From NCBI GenBank assembly GCA_937897575.1, contig CALCQG010000129.1, positions 1-37,147 of the forward strand: DNA of 37,147 nt, in the 5' to 3' direction. Below are positions 10,326 through 19,344 of the stretch, one piece after another. The notes under the pieces are model-generated. The model had not been told where the DNA came from and made no database searches. It saw only the letters and a program-made list of their open reading frames with translations. This DNA is from an uncultured Synergistales bacterium (GTDB taxonomy: Bacteria > Synergistota > Synergistia > Synergistales > Aminobacteriaceae). A program made the position numbers and the translations under genes. Positions within the stretch are counted from its first letter, which is position 1. Each line of letters starts with the position of its first letter.

Positions 10326-10796
10326 GTGCGGGCATTGGTTCAGAGAGTATCCTCTGCGAGCGTTTCGGTGCAGGGCACCGTGGTGGGGACGATCGGCCCG
10401 GGGCTCTGCATCTTTCTGGGCGTCGCCGAAACCGACGGTGCGGCTGAGGTGACGTGGATGGCCGATAAAATAGTCAACCTGCGAATCTTCGAGGACGGGC
10501 AGCAGAAGATGAACAACGCTCTGCTCGACATAAAAGGAGAAGCGCTCATCGTCTCCCAGTTCACGCTCTACGGGGACTGCCGCAAGGGTCGTCGCCCCTC
10601 CTTCTGTGCGGCCGCCGGGCCTGAACACGCCGAGGCGATCTACGAGCAGTTTAAACGTGCGATGGCGGAACGGGGCATCCCCGTCGCAAGCGGAACGTTC
10701 CAGGCCCACATGGTGGTGCAGATCGCCAACGACGGCCCCGTGACGATCTTCATTGAAAAAGAAGCCAAACACGATGAACAGGAGGCTCCGTCATGA
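10326..10796 (+). CDS. dtd: D-aminoacyl-tRNA deacylase
   Basis: MRALVQRV..ASV, LRIFED, SQFTL, KGRRPSF, NDGPVT; follows rel. Confidence 0.98.
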   Translation: MRALVQRVSSASVSVQGTVVGTIGPGLCIFLGVAETDGAAEVTWMADKIVNLRIFEDGQQKMNNALLDIKGEALIVSQFTLYGDCRKGRRPSFCAAAGPEHAEAIYEQFKRAMAERGIPVASGTFQAHMVVQIANDGPVTIFIEKEAKHDEQEAPS

Positions 10797-11440
10797 GACA
10801 CAAGCGCTTTCCGCTCGGCCCGCTCTGGACGAATACCTACCTGGTCTGGGACGATTCGGGGACGGGCTTTGTCGTCGACCCGGCGGCCGCCCTGGACGGG
10901 ATCATGGATTTCATGAAGAGAGAGCATATCACCGTGGAGGCCGTCTTCCTCACCCACGGTCACCCCGATCACATCGGCGGCGTGCCTCAGGCCGTCGAAC
11001 TCCTCACGAAAAAGGTGATCGTCTCCCGGCACGATGCCCCCATGGTCGAGTCCCCCAATCCGCAGGTCCTGGCGATGACGGGGTACGACTTCCCCGGGGT
11101 GCGCGGCCTGACGTACGTCGAAGGCGGCGAACGTATCGCCGTAGGCCGTATGAGCGTGGAGGTTATCGCGACGCCCGGCCACACGAAGGGTGGAACGTGC
11201 TATCTTGCGACCCAGGATCAGGACGCCCTGTTGCTCACCGGCGACACGCTCTTCGCCGGAAGCGTAGGGAGAACGGATCTTCCCGGAGGCGACTCCGCTG
11301 AGCTGGAGCGGTCCATCGAACGGCTCTCCGCTTTCCCCGATGGCCTGATGGTCCTTCCGGGGCACGGGCCGGAGTCGACCATAGGAGAGGAACGCAGGAG
11401 GAACCCCTTCTGGCCCGGCCGAGCCGGGGGCTGGTTGTAG
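10793..11440 (+). CDS. MBL-fold metallo-hydrolase (glyoxalase II-like)
   Basis: THGHPDHIGG, TPGHT.G, TGDTLF..SVGRTD.PGG, PGHG..STI..E. Confidence 0.93.
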   Translation: MRHKRFPLGPLWTNTYLVWDDSGTGFVVDPAAALDGIMDFMKREHITVEAVFLTHGHPDHIGGVPQAVELLTKKVIVSRHDAPMVESPNPQVLAMTGYDFPGVRGLTYVEGGERIAVGRMSVEVIATPGHTKGGTCYLATQDQDALLLTGDTLFAGSVGRTDLPGGDSAELERSIERLSAFPDGLMVLPGHGPESTIGEERRRNPFWPGRAGGWL

Positions 11441-12111
11441 TGCGCGTCGTATCTCTGCCCAAGGACGAACGGCCGAGGGAGCGGCTTCGGCGATGCGGAG
11501 CCGAGAGTCTGTCGGGGGCTGAACTTCTGGCGATCCTTCTCAGGACCGGAACCCGGAGCAAGGACGTGCTCGAGCTCGCAACGGAGGTTCTGGCCGCTTT
11601 CGGCGGCATAACGGGCCTTGCCAGGGCCGTGGAGAATGAGCTTATGGCCTTTCAGGGCCTCGGAGAGACGAAGGCGGCCGTCCTCATCACAGCGGTGGAG
11701 CTCGGCCGGCGGATGGCCGCTGAGCAGAGCGCCCAGCTTCCCGTCCCGGCGAAGGAGTCCTGGCAGAAAGCCGTCGCTTCCGTGGCAGCGGAGCTTGCCT
11801 CCGAAGAGCGGGAGTATATCGTGGCGCTCCATATCCGGAAAAACGGCTCCGTGATCACCATGGACCGGATCTCCTACGGAGGATTGGACGGAGCCTTTCT
11901 TGATGTAAAATATCTTCTGCGACGGGCGGTGCGGTTGGATTCCTCCGGCCTGGTCTTGATACATAACCACCCTGATGGGACAATGATACCAAGCGAAGAG
12001 GACAGGCAGTTGACCCAATTCCTCCTCGGAAGAGCGAAGCTGCTGGATATTTGGCTTCTGGGGCATTTTGTAGCGGCAAACGGAAAGTTCTTGGCGATAC
12101 CTCTTTCCTGA
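11440..12111 (+). CDS. radC: RadC/UPF0758 JAB-domain protein
   Basis: ERPRERL...GAE.LS.AELLAILL.TG; JAB motif HNHP.G...PS.ED; upstream of mreB. Confidence 0.92.
   Translation: MRVVSLPKDERPRERLRRCGAESLSGAELLAILLRTGTRSKDVLELATEVLAAFGGITGLARAVENELMAFQGLGETKAAVLITAVELGRRMAAEQSAQLPVPAKESWQKAVASVAAELASEEREYIVALHIRKNGSVITMDRISYGGLDGAFLDVKYLLRRAVRLDSSGLVLIHNHPDGTMIPSEEDRQLTQFLLGRAKLLDIWLLGHFVAANGKFLAIPLS
11956..11984 (+). promoter_or_regulatory. Candidate internal promoter in radC for mreBCD
   Basis: TTGATA-17 bp-GACAAT with TG extension in the AT-richer 3' part of radC. Confidence 0.35.
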
Positions 12112-12139
12112 GAAGCCTAGAAAGCGAGGAGTGACGGCT

Positions 12140-13195
12140 GTGTTCAGATTTTTTTCGGGCGTTTTCGGCGGAGATGTGGGAATTGACCTTGGAACGGCCA
12201 ATATCGTCGTCTATGTGAAGGGCAAAGGGGTCGTTCTGAGTGAACCCTCCTCGGTGGCCATTCGGAAAAAACCGAAGGGCGGCATGACGGAAGTCATCGC
12301 CGTGGGCAGCGATGCGAAGGCCATGGCGGGCAAAACCCCCGTCGGTGTCTCCACGATCTCTCCGTTGCAGGATGGCGTGATCGCCAACTTCGACATGACC
12401 GAAGAGCTCATACGGTACTGCCTCACCAGGGCCGGAGGTACGAGCGGACCTCTCTCGAGGCCCCGCGTGGTGATCTCCGTCCCGGCCCAGGTCACCGAGG
12501 TGGAGCGCAAGGCCGTCATCGACGCCACCCTCGGAGCGGGGGCCCGTGAAGCCTACGTCGTCGAGGAACCCATCGCCGCAGCCCTCGGCGTCGGTCTCCC
12601 CATACAAGAGCCTCGCGGAAGCATGATCCTCGACATAGGCGGAGGGACGAGCGAGGTGGCCGTGCTCTCCCTCGGCGGAATCGTCGTGACGAACTCCCTT
12701 CGGACCGCGGGCAACGACATGGACAGCGCTATCGTGGCCATGCTGCGCCAACGGTACGCCCTGTTGATAGGGGAGACAACGGCCGAGGACGTCAAGATCA
12801 CCATCGGATCCGCCCTTCCACTGGAGAAGGAGCTGGAGATGTCCGTAAAGGGGCGGGACCTCGCCGACGGGCTGCCGAAATCCGACGTCGTCAGCTCCGT
12901 GGAGGTCCGGGAGGCCCTCGAGCCCATCGTCCTGAAGATCGAGGACATGGTCAAGGTCGCCCTCGAACAAACGCCCCCGGAGCTCGCGAAGGATATCGTC
13001 GACCAGGGGATCATCCTTTCCGGCGGCGTCTCGCTGTTGCGCGGACTGGCCGACCGTCTTTCCAGAGCCCTGAGCACGCCCGTCATCGTCGCCGAAGAGC
13101 CCATGAACGCCGTCGCGCGCGGCGTGGGCAATATTCTGGAGAACCTGGACGACATGAAACGCATTCTGCTTTCCGTGGATAAGGGGGTCAAGTGA
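12140..13195 (+). CDS. mreB: Rod shape-determining actin MreB
   Basis: GIDLGTAN, EPS.VA, P..DGVIA, EEPIAAALG, DIGGGT, LSGG; GTG 12140 after GAGGAG (alternative 12131). Confidence 0.99.
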   Translation: MFRFFSGVFGGDVGIDLGTANIVVYVKGKGVVLSEPSSVAIRKKPKGGMTEVIAVGSDAKAMAGKTPVGVSTISPLQDGVIANFDMTEELIRYCLTRAGGTSGPLSRPRVVISVPAQVTEVERKAVIDATLGAGAREAYVVEEPIAAALGVGLPIQEPRGSMILDIGGGTSEVAVLSLGGIVVTNSLRTAGNDMDSAIVAMLRQRYALLIGETTAEDVKITIGSALPLEKELEMSVKGRDLADGLPKSDVVSSVEVREALEPIVLKIEDMVKVALEQTPPELAKDIVDQGIILSGGVSLLRGLADRLSRALSTPVIVAEEPMNAVARGVGNILENLDDMKRILLSVDKGVK

Positions 13196-13217
13196 CCTAC
13201 GCCGGAGAGAGCACGAC

Positions 13218-14042
13218 ATGAGAAACGACTTGCACACCAGAGAGTGGATTCACGGCTTCATCGCCGTGATCCTGAGTTTGCTGCTTCTGGCGGCGGCTCC
13301 GCAAAGACAGGTCTTCAGGAGAGCGGTGGACGTCGTCGGCACTGTCCTCTCGTACCCCGAGTCCCCGGCAGTCGCCTTGGAGCGGGGGTTAAAACGGCTC
13401 TCCCTCTGGTTCACGAACCAGAAGACCCTGCAGGACAGACTCGCCTCTCTTGAATCGGAGAATACCCGCCTCAGGTTGCTGCACTCCATGAACTCCGCCT
13501 CCGCCGTCGTGGCGGAGCTGGAGCGGAAGACTGGTTACGCCCGGGTCACTCTGCGCGAGCCCCTTTCGTGGTGGTCCGAGGTGCGGATGAACAGAGGTTC
13601 GCAGAACGGTGTGTCCGTCGGAACCTCGGTCCTTCAGAACGGTGCCCTTGTCGGGCGTGTCCGTTCCGTGGGCGAACGCTCCTCATGGGTCGAGCTCATC
13701 TCGTCGACGTCGTCCCTGATCCCTGTCGTCATCGAGGAGACGCGTGACCTCGGCGTCGTCGCAGGGGATGGGGACGGGGGCCTGTGGCTGCTCTACGTTC
13801 CCGAGAGCCGGGGGCTTGCCGAGGGGATGACCGTCAGCACGGCCATGGTCAGCGAAGCTCTTCCTCCCGGCATCCCAGTGGGGAAAATTGCGGCGGAGAC
13901 CCAGGACACCGCAGGCTCCTATCGCGCGTGGCGCGTCCTTCCCCAGGGGACGCTGTCGCAGCTCTATACCCTCGAATACCTGCCCGTCACGGTCGGCGCC
14001 ACACGGAACGGAACGCCCTCTCCGATGGAGAAGAAGCTATGA
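13218..14042 (+). CDS. mreC: Rod shape-determining protein MreC
   Basis: N-terminal TM, coiled coil LESENTRLR, RGSQNGV..G, LVGRV, PPGIPVG; position. Confidence 0.92.
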   Translation: MRNDLHTREWIHGFIAVILSLLLLAAAPQRQVFRRAVDVVGTVLSYPESPAVALERGLKRLSLWFTNQKTLQDRLASLESENTRLRLLHSMNSASAVVAELERKTGYARVTLREPLSWWSEVRMNRGSQNGVSVGTSVLQNGALVGRVRSVGERSSWVELISSTSSLIPVVIEETRDLGVVAGDGDGGLWLLYVPESRGLAEGMTVSTAMVSEALPPGIPVGKIAAETQDTAGSYRAWRVLPQGTLSQLYTLEYLPVTVGATRNGTPSPMEKKL

Positions 14043-14497
14043 TCTACGGGATTGTCTGGTACGTACAGGACTTCCTCTGGGTTCTCGGGGCCGGAAAAAT
14101 TCTGATCCCCGAGATTTTTCTCATCCTGCTCGTCGTCCTGTCCATGTGGAAGCAGGAGAAGGGTGAAGAGCGCTACTGGGCCGCCTTCATAGGCGGCGTG
14201 TTGTGGGACCTCCGGTGGCTGGGCTTTCCGGGGCCGACGGCGCTGATCTATGTCCTCACCATCATGGCCGTTCGATGGATATGGCTTATGGTCCCCGTCT
14301 CCGGACGGACGGTCCTTCTCTTCGGCGCCATTCTGTGGTGCGCGCTTCTTCCCGTCTCGCTCCTCCGGATTCTTCTGTGGGGGCTCCGCGGGGGCACAGT
14401 GTTTATGACCTATCTCCTCCAGCAGAGCTATAATCTGCCCATCGTGCTCTTCGCCTGTGCCCTCTACGCCTGGAAGCTGAAGAACTCCAATGCCTGA
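14039..14497 (+). CDS. mreD: Rod shape-determining protein MreD
   Basis: Small polytopic protein, AAFIGGVLWDL....PG motif, ATGA-coupled to mreC. Confidence 0.8.
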   Translation: MIYGIVWYVQDFLWVLGAGKILIPEIFLILLVVLSMWKQEKGEERYWAAFIGGVLWDLRWLGFPGPTALIYVLTIMAVRWIWLMVPVSGRTVLLFGAILWCALLPVSLLRILLWGLRGGTVFMTYLLQQSYNLPIVLFACALYAWKLKNSNA

Positions 14498-16229
14498 CCT
14501 CCGCTCCACCTCGAACCGGCGCCTGAAAATGCTGTACGCCCTCATCTTCTGCTCCTTCCTCGGGCTTGCAGCGGGGCTCTATTTCTTCCAGATCATGCAC
14601 TCCGACCGCTACACCCACCTCGCCTCGAACAACCGCCTTCGCATGATCCGATTCCCCCCTGTCCGGGGCGAGCTCTTCGACAGACACGGAACCCCTCTCG
14701 CCGTCAACGTGACCACCTTCGACATCATGGGGTACCCTCTGGATATCGAGCGGGAGAACATGGTGGAGACGCTCGCCGCCCTCCTCTCACGCCACGGTAT
14801 TCCGGCCACCGGCGAGGAGCTCGGCGCATCGCTGAAAAAGCAGTACGGACCTCCCTATCGCGTCGTCCGTATCGTGGGCAACATCACCCTGTCCCAGATG
14901 GCCGACCTCGTCGCGGATCCGGAATTTCCCCAGCAGCTCTTCCCGATACCCGTGTGGAGGAGAACCTACCCGGCGGGGAGCCTCGCGGCCAACGTCACGG
15001 GCTTCGTGGGCGAGATCAGCGAGCAGGAGCTCAGGACCCTGTCCGACAGCGGATACATCGGGGGCGACCTCATCGGGAAGGGCGGCGTGGAGCGGCAGCA
15101 TGAGGCGATGCTCAGGGGAACTCCGGGAGAGGAGTACGTGGAGGTGGACGCCAGGGGACGAAAAGTCAAAAACCTCTCCGTGAAACAGCCGGGGCGGGGC
15201 GTCGATCTGCTTCTCTCCCTCGACCTCGGCGCCCAACGCCTCGCTGTGGATCTCATGAAGGACTACAAAGGCGCGATCATCGTCATGGACGTCAAGACCG
15301 GGGAGGTACTGGTCTCCTATTCGTCGCCCTCGTTCGACAACAACCTCCTCGCCTGGGGGGTCTCATCCAAGGAGTGGGACGCTCTCGTCCGGGACCCGGC
15401 CAACCCCATGATGGACAGGACGATTTCGGGCGCCTATCCGCCGGCATCGACCTTCAAAGTCCTCACGGCCCTCGCGGCCCTCGAGGAGAAGGTTGTGAAC
15501 ACCTCCACGACCTTTCGGTGCTCCGGCTCCTTCAAACTGGGGCCCCGGACCTTCCGCTGCTGGAGACGTTCGGGCCACGGCTCCGTCAATCTCCTTTCGG
15601 CCCTTCAGAACTCCTGCGACGTCTATTTCTACCAGGTCGGCCTGAAGCTCGGCATCGACAAGCTCATGGAGTGGGGCGATCTGTTCGAGCTGGGCCGCCC
15701 GACGGGGATCGATCTGCCGGGTGAGGTCTCGGGCACCATCGCGGGGCCGGAGTGGAAGCAGAAGCGCCTCAAGGAGAAATGGTATCTCGGCGACACGGTG
15801 AACTACTCCATCGGACAGGGTTTTTTGCTCATGACGCCCATCCAGATCGCCCGGATGTATGCGGCCATCGCCAACGGCGGCATCCTTGTCCAACCTCATT
15901 TTTTCTCCACTCTGGGGCAGAATTCTGTTACACTTCCTGTATCGAAGAAAAACCTCGAGGTCATACAGAAGGGGTTGGACTATGTCGTCCGCCGCGGGAC
16001 GGGCCGACACGCCGCCAGTTTCGGGGTCACCGTCGCAGGGAAGACCGGTACGGCGCAGAATGCCCACGGAGACGACCATGCCCTTTTTGCCGGCTACGCC
16101 CCTGCGAAGGATCCGAAATACGTCGCCGTCGCCATGATCGAAGCCGGTCTCCACGGCGGCTCCATTGCTTCGCCCATGGTGGGGGAGATCCTGTCCTACC
16201 TTCTTGTCCCCGAATCGAGGGGCAGGTAG
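14490..16229 (+). CDS. mrdA: Penicillin-binding protein 2 (class B transpeptidase)
   Basis: P.RG..FDR.G, GKGGVE, SxxK (ASTFK), SCD, KTGTAQ. Confidence 0.96.
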   Translation: MPDLRSTSNRRLKMLYALIFCSFLGLAAGLYFFQIMHSDRYTHLASNNRLRMIRFPPVRGELFDRHGTPLAVNVTTFDIMGYPLDIERENMVETLAALLSRHGIPATGEELGASLKKQYGPPYRVVRIVGNITLSQMADLVADPEFPQQLFPIPVWRRTYPAGSLAANVTGFVGEISEQELRTLSDSGYIGGDLIGKGGVERQHEAMLRGTPGEEYVEVDARGRKVKNLSVKQPGRGVDLLLSLDLGAQRLAVDLMKDYKGAIIVMDVKTGEVLVSYSSPSFDNNLLAWGVSSKEWDALVRDPANPMMDRTISGAYPPASTFKVLTALAALEEKVVNTSTTFRCSGSFKLGPRTFRCWRRSGHGSVNLLSALQNSCDVYFYQVGLKLGIDKLMEWGDLFELGRPTGIDLPGEVSGTIAGPEWKQKRLKEKWYLGDTVNYSIGQGFLLMTPIQIARMYAAIANGGILVQPHFFSTLGQNSVTLPVSKKNLEVIQKGLDYVVRRGTGRHAASFGVTVAGKTGTAQNAHGDDHALFAGYAPAKDPKYVAVAMIEAGLHGGSIASPMVGEILSYLLVPESRGR

Positions 16230-16265
16230 CCGGGCACAAGACAGACAAGACGAGGAGGGTGAGAC

Positions 16266-16964
16266 ATGCCTGAACCGATTGAGGAACGAGGCGCGAAGGA
16301 GCTCAAGGACATTCTCCTGAAAGGGGCAGGCTACGGCATCCGGATGATCGTCCCCGACGGCATCTCTGAGGAGGAGATGTTCCTCAAACTGGACACGCTG
16401 TCCGCCGAGGCCCTTTCTCTGGGCGGAGGGCTCGGCGTGGTCCTGGACCTTCAGGGCCGCCCTCTCTCCCGCCCGTCCATTCTTCGGCTGATGTCGGAGT
16501 TCATCTGGCCCAAGGGCATCAAGGTACTCTCGTGGACGGCGTACGATGCCGCCACCCTCGAGAACCTCAAAGCGCTGGGGATCTCGACGGGCGAACCCGT
16601 CCCGGAAAAGCGGCGGAAGAAAGACAAATCGACGCCCGGCGCGCTGCTGCTGATCCGATCCCTTCGTTCCGGGCAACGGGTCGAACACGACGGAGACGTC
16701 ATCATCATCGGCCATGTCAACGACGGAGCGGAGGTCCTCGCCGGGGGCAGCATCTGCATCTGGGGCAGGCTGAAGGGGACAGCCCACGGGGGACTGGACG
16801 GGAGCGGCGAACATACCGTCGTCGCCGGCCTGTTCGAGGCCAATCACATCCGCATCGGTACGAAGGTGAGCGCTTCCCTCAACAGTGATATGGAATGGTG
16901 GGGAAAACCTGTTATCATTACCGTTGAAGAGAACTCGCTCGTCGTACGGAAGCTGAGGCTCTGA
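16266..16964 (+). CDS. minC: Septum site-determining protein MinC
   Basis: SLRSGQRV...GDVIIIG.VN.GAEV.A.G.I.IWG.L.G.AH.G beta-helix motif. Confidence 0.95.
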   Translation: MPEPIEERGAKELKDILLKGAGYGIRMIVPDGISEEEMFLKLDTLSAEALSLGGGLGVVLDLQGRPLSRPSILRLMSEFIWPKGIKVLSWTAYDAATLENLKALGISTGEPVPEKRRKKDKSTPGALLLIRSLRSGQRVEHDGDVIIIGHVNDGAEVLAGGSICIWGRLKGTAHGGLDGSGEHTVVAGLFEANHIRIGTKVSASLNSDMEWWGKPVIITVEENSLVVRKLRL

Positions 16965-16975
16965 CGAACGTCCCT

Positions 16976-17001
16976 TCCGCCCTGTGCGATCACGGGGCGG
17001 A
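16976..17001 (+). other. GC-rich stem-loop between minC and minD (no U tract)
   Basis: TCCGCCCTGTG-CGAT-CACGGGGCGGA, 11-bp stem with one G-U. Confidence 0.7.
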
Positions 17002-17032
17002 GAGGCAGACGATAGATAAGGGAGGAAATCCA

Positions 17033-17836
17033 GTGGACCCAAGAATTATTGTGATCACATCGGGCAAGGGCGGTGTGGGGAAGACCACGACCACATCGAA
17101 CATTGCGGTTGCGCTCGCGAAAATGGGGCACCGTGTCGTAGCCGTCGACGCCGATATCGGCCTTCGGAACCTCGACGTGATGATGGGGCTCGAAAACAGG
17201 GTTGTCTACAACTTCATCGACGTCCTCGAGGGGACCTGCAGGCTCAACCAGGCGCTGGTCCGCGACAAGCGGGCCGATACACTCTTTCTGCTCCCGGCTG
17301 CCCAGACACGGACGAAGGACGCGGTGACGCCGGACCAGATGGAGCAGTTGTGCGACATGCTCCGCAAGGAGTTCGACTTCATCCTCCTCGACAGCCCGGC
17401 GGGCATCGAGGGCGGCTTCAAGAACGCCGCCGTCGGCGCCGACGAAGCCCTCGTCATCGCCACCCCCGAGGTGCCCTCCGTCCGGGATGCCGACAGGATC
17501 ATCGGGATGCTCGAGTCCATGGGGAAAGCCCCCATTCGCCTCATCGTCAACCGCCTGCGCTCCAACCTCGTGCGGGAGGGGGAGATGCTCGACGTCCGCG
17601 ACGTCCTCGACATACTGGCCATCGACCTCATCGGCATCGTGCCGGAGGACGACAGCGTCGTCAAATCCTCCAACCGAGGCGAACCCCTCGCCTTCGGCGA
17701 TTCCTCCCCGGCGGCTCTGGCCTTTCAGAGAATCGCCTCCCGCATCGTGGGGGAAGAGATCCCCTTCCCCAGCTTCGAAGAGGAGCAGAACAAGGGGTTC
17801 TTCGCCGCTCTCAAGAAATTCTTTGGTTTGAAGTGA
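17033..17836 (+). CDS. minD: Septum site-determining ATPase MinD
   Basis: SGKGGVGKTT, DIGLRNLD..MGLENR, DSPAGIE, C-terminal membrane-targeting helix GFFAALKKFFG. Confidence 0.99.
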   Translation: MDPRIIVITSGKGGVGKTTTTSNIAVALAKMGHRVVAVDADIGLRNLDVMMGLENRVVYNFIDVLEGTCRLNQALVRDKRADTLFLLPAAQTRTKDAVTPDQMEQLCDMLRKEFDFILLDSPAGIEGGFKNAAVGADEALVIATPEVPSVRDADRIIGMLESMGKAPIRLIVNRLRSNLVREGEMLDVRDVLDILAIDLIGIVPEDDSVVKSSNRGEPLAFGDSSPAALAFQRIASRIVGEEIPFPSFEEEQNKGFFAALKKFFGLK

Positions 17837-17851
17837 CAGGAGGACAGACAC

Positions 17852-18214
17852 ATGGCATGGGATTTTTTGAAAAGGCTCTTCTCGACGGGCGGTTCGAAGA
17901 ATATCGCGAAAGAACGCCTTCAGATCGTCCTGATTCACGACCGGGCGGACATTACGCCCGAGATGCTCGATAATCTGCGCAAGGACATGATTGACGTGAT
18001 AACCAAGTACATGGAGGTCGACCTGTCCAAGATAGAGATGGACTTCGACCGGGAGGACCGATCGGTGGCCTTCGTGGCCAACATCCCCGTGACCCGCATC
18101 AAGAGGGGCGTGGTTGCCTCGTCGGCCGGGAAGCCCGAGGAGAGAAAAGAACAGGAGAAAACAGCCAATGGAGGAAAGAAGGCCACCCCTAAGAGAAAGT
18201 CTGGCCAGCCTTGA
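17852..18214 (+). CDS. minE: Cell division topological specificity factor MinE
   Basis: N-terminal amphipathic helix, SKNIAKERLQIVLIHDR, L..D...VI.KY, ANIPV. Confidence 0.96.
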   Translation: MAWDFLKRLFSTGGSKNIAKERLQIVLIHDRADITPEMLDNLRKDMIDVITKYMEVDLSKIEMDFDREDRSVAFVANIPVTRIKRGVVASSAGKPEERKEQEKTANGGKKATPKRKSGQP

Positions 18215-19277
18215 TAAGCTCCAGCTCGTGGCCGTGCTCGCCCTCTATCTTCTGGGCATGCTGTCCATCTACAGTGCCGGAGCGGGGAGGGCGCTCAGAG
18301 GCGGCGAGCTCGCGCTGCGGCAGGGGATCTGGGGCGTCCTGTCCATCTGCGCCTTCCTCGTCGTCCTCCACATCGGGTACGAGCGCTTTTTCTCCCTGGC
18401 CTACAGGATCTACGCCGGGGCTCTGGTGCTTCTCCTCGGCGTCATCGTTCTCGGCCTGACGGTCAAGGGCGCACAGAGCTGGTTCAATCTCGGTTTTTTC
18501 AGGCTCCAGCCCGCAGAGTTCGGTAAGGTTGCCCTTGCCCTCGTCCTCGGGAAACACCTCAGCCGCTTCCCGCCCAACGACGGCCCCTCCTTTGTCGGCG
18601 GCCTTCTTTTGGCCGCCGCCTCGGGGGTGCTCGTCCTGCTCCAGCCCGACGCGGGCAGCGCTCTGGTCTACGGAATCATCGCCTTTGCGGCGATTGTCGT
18701 AGCCGGCGCTCCGAGGAAGTACTCCACGGGGCTCATTCTGGGTGGTGCGGCGCTCGTTCCCTTTGCGTGGTTTTTCCTCAAGGACTACCAGAAACTGCGC
18801 ATCCTCGTGTTCATCGACCCGTGGAGGGATCCTCTGGGAGCCGGCTACAACGTCATACAGTCGCGGATCGCCATAGGGTCGGGGGGGCTCTTCGGCAAGG
18901 GGTACATGAACGGCCTGCAGAGCAAGCTGCGTTTCCTCCCCGAGCCCCATACGGACTTCATCTTCAGCGTCTTTTCCGAAGAGTTCGGATTTGTCGGCGC
19001 CCTGCTCGTGCTTCTGCTCTTCGGCCTTCTCTTCTGGCGCATGCTGGAGGCCGGGCTCCGTTCGAAGGATATCCGGGCGAAGATTCTCGTTGCGGGGATC
19101 GCCGCCTGGATGTGGTTCCAGGTCGTTGAAAGCATCGGCATGAGCATCGGCCTGCTGCCGATCACGGGGCTGCCTCTGCCGCTCATGAGCTACGGGGGAA
19201 GCTCCCTCCTCGCGCTCTCGATCGCTTTCGCACTGATACAGAGTGTCTACATCTCGACGCTGAAAAGCTACGAGTGA
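18168..19277 (+). CDS. rodA: SEDS peptidoglycan polymerase RodA
   Basis: GAQSW, QPAEF.K, QPD.G, YQ..RI..F.DP..DP.GAGY...QS.IAIGSGG, LPEPHTDFIFS, PITGLPLP.MSYGGSS. Confidence 0.96.
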   Translation: MEERRPPLRESLASLDKLQLVAVLALYLLGMLSIYSAGAGRALRGGELALRQGIWGVLSICAFLVVLHIGYERFFSLAYRIYAGALVLLLGVIVLGLTVKGAQSWFNLGFFRLQPAEFGKVALALVLGKHLSRFPPNDGPSFVGGLLLAAASGVLVLLQPDAGSALVYGIIAFAAIVVAGAPRKYSTGLILGGAALVPFAWFFLKDYQKLRILVFIDPWRDPLGAGYNVIQSRIAIGSGGLFGKGYMNGLQSKLRFLPEPHTDFIFSVFSEEFGFVGALLVLLLFGLLFWRMLEAGLRSKDIRAKILVAGIAAWMWFQVVESIGMSIGLLPITGLPLPLMSYGGSSLLALSIAFALIQSVYISTLKSYE

Positions 19278-19286
19278 TCAAATTTT

Positions 19287-19334
19287 CCCTGTCGTGCCCG
19301 ACATTGCGGCACTATGGTCGGCAGGGTCTTTTTT
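19287..19334 (+). terminator. Putative terminator after rodA
   Basis: CCCTGTCG...CGGCAGGG stem (inner TGCC/GGCA) followed by TCTTTTTT. Confidence 0.5.
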
Positions 19335-19344
19335 GGAGGAGCCT

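Noticed and set aside
8172..10772. 866-aa minus-strand ORF, and similar ones at 6265-7992, 15363-17042, 19312-21240, 25119-26762, 28415-30895 and 35262-36938
   Set aside because: Antisense shadows of conserved plus-strand genes, expected from high-GC codon bias; no recognisable motifs.
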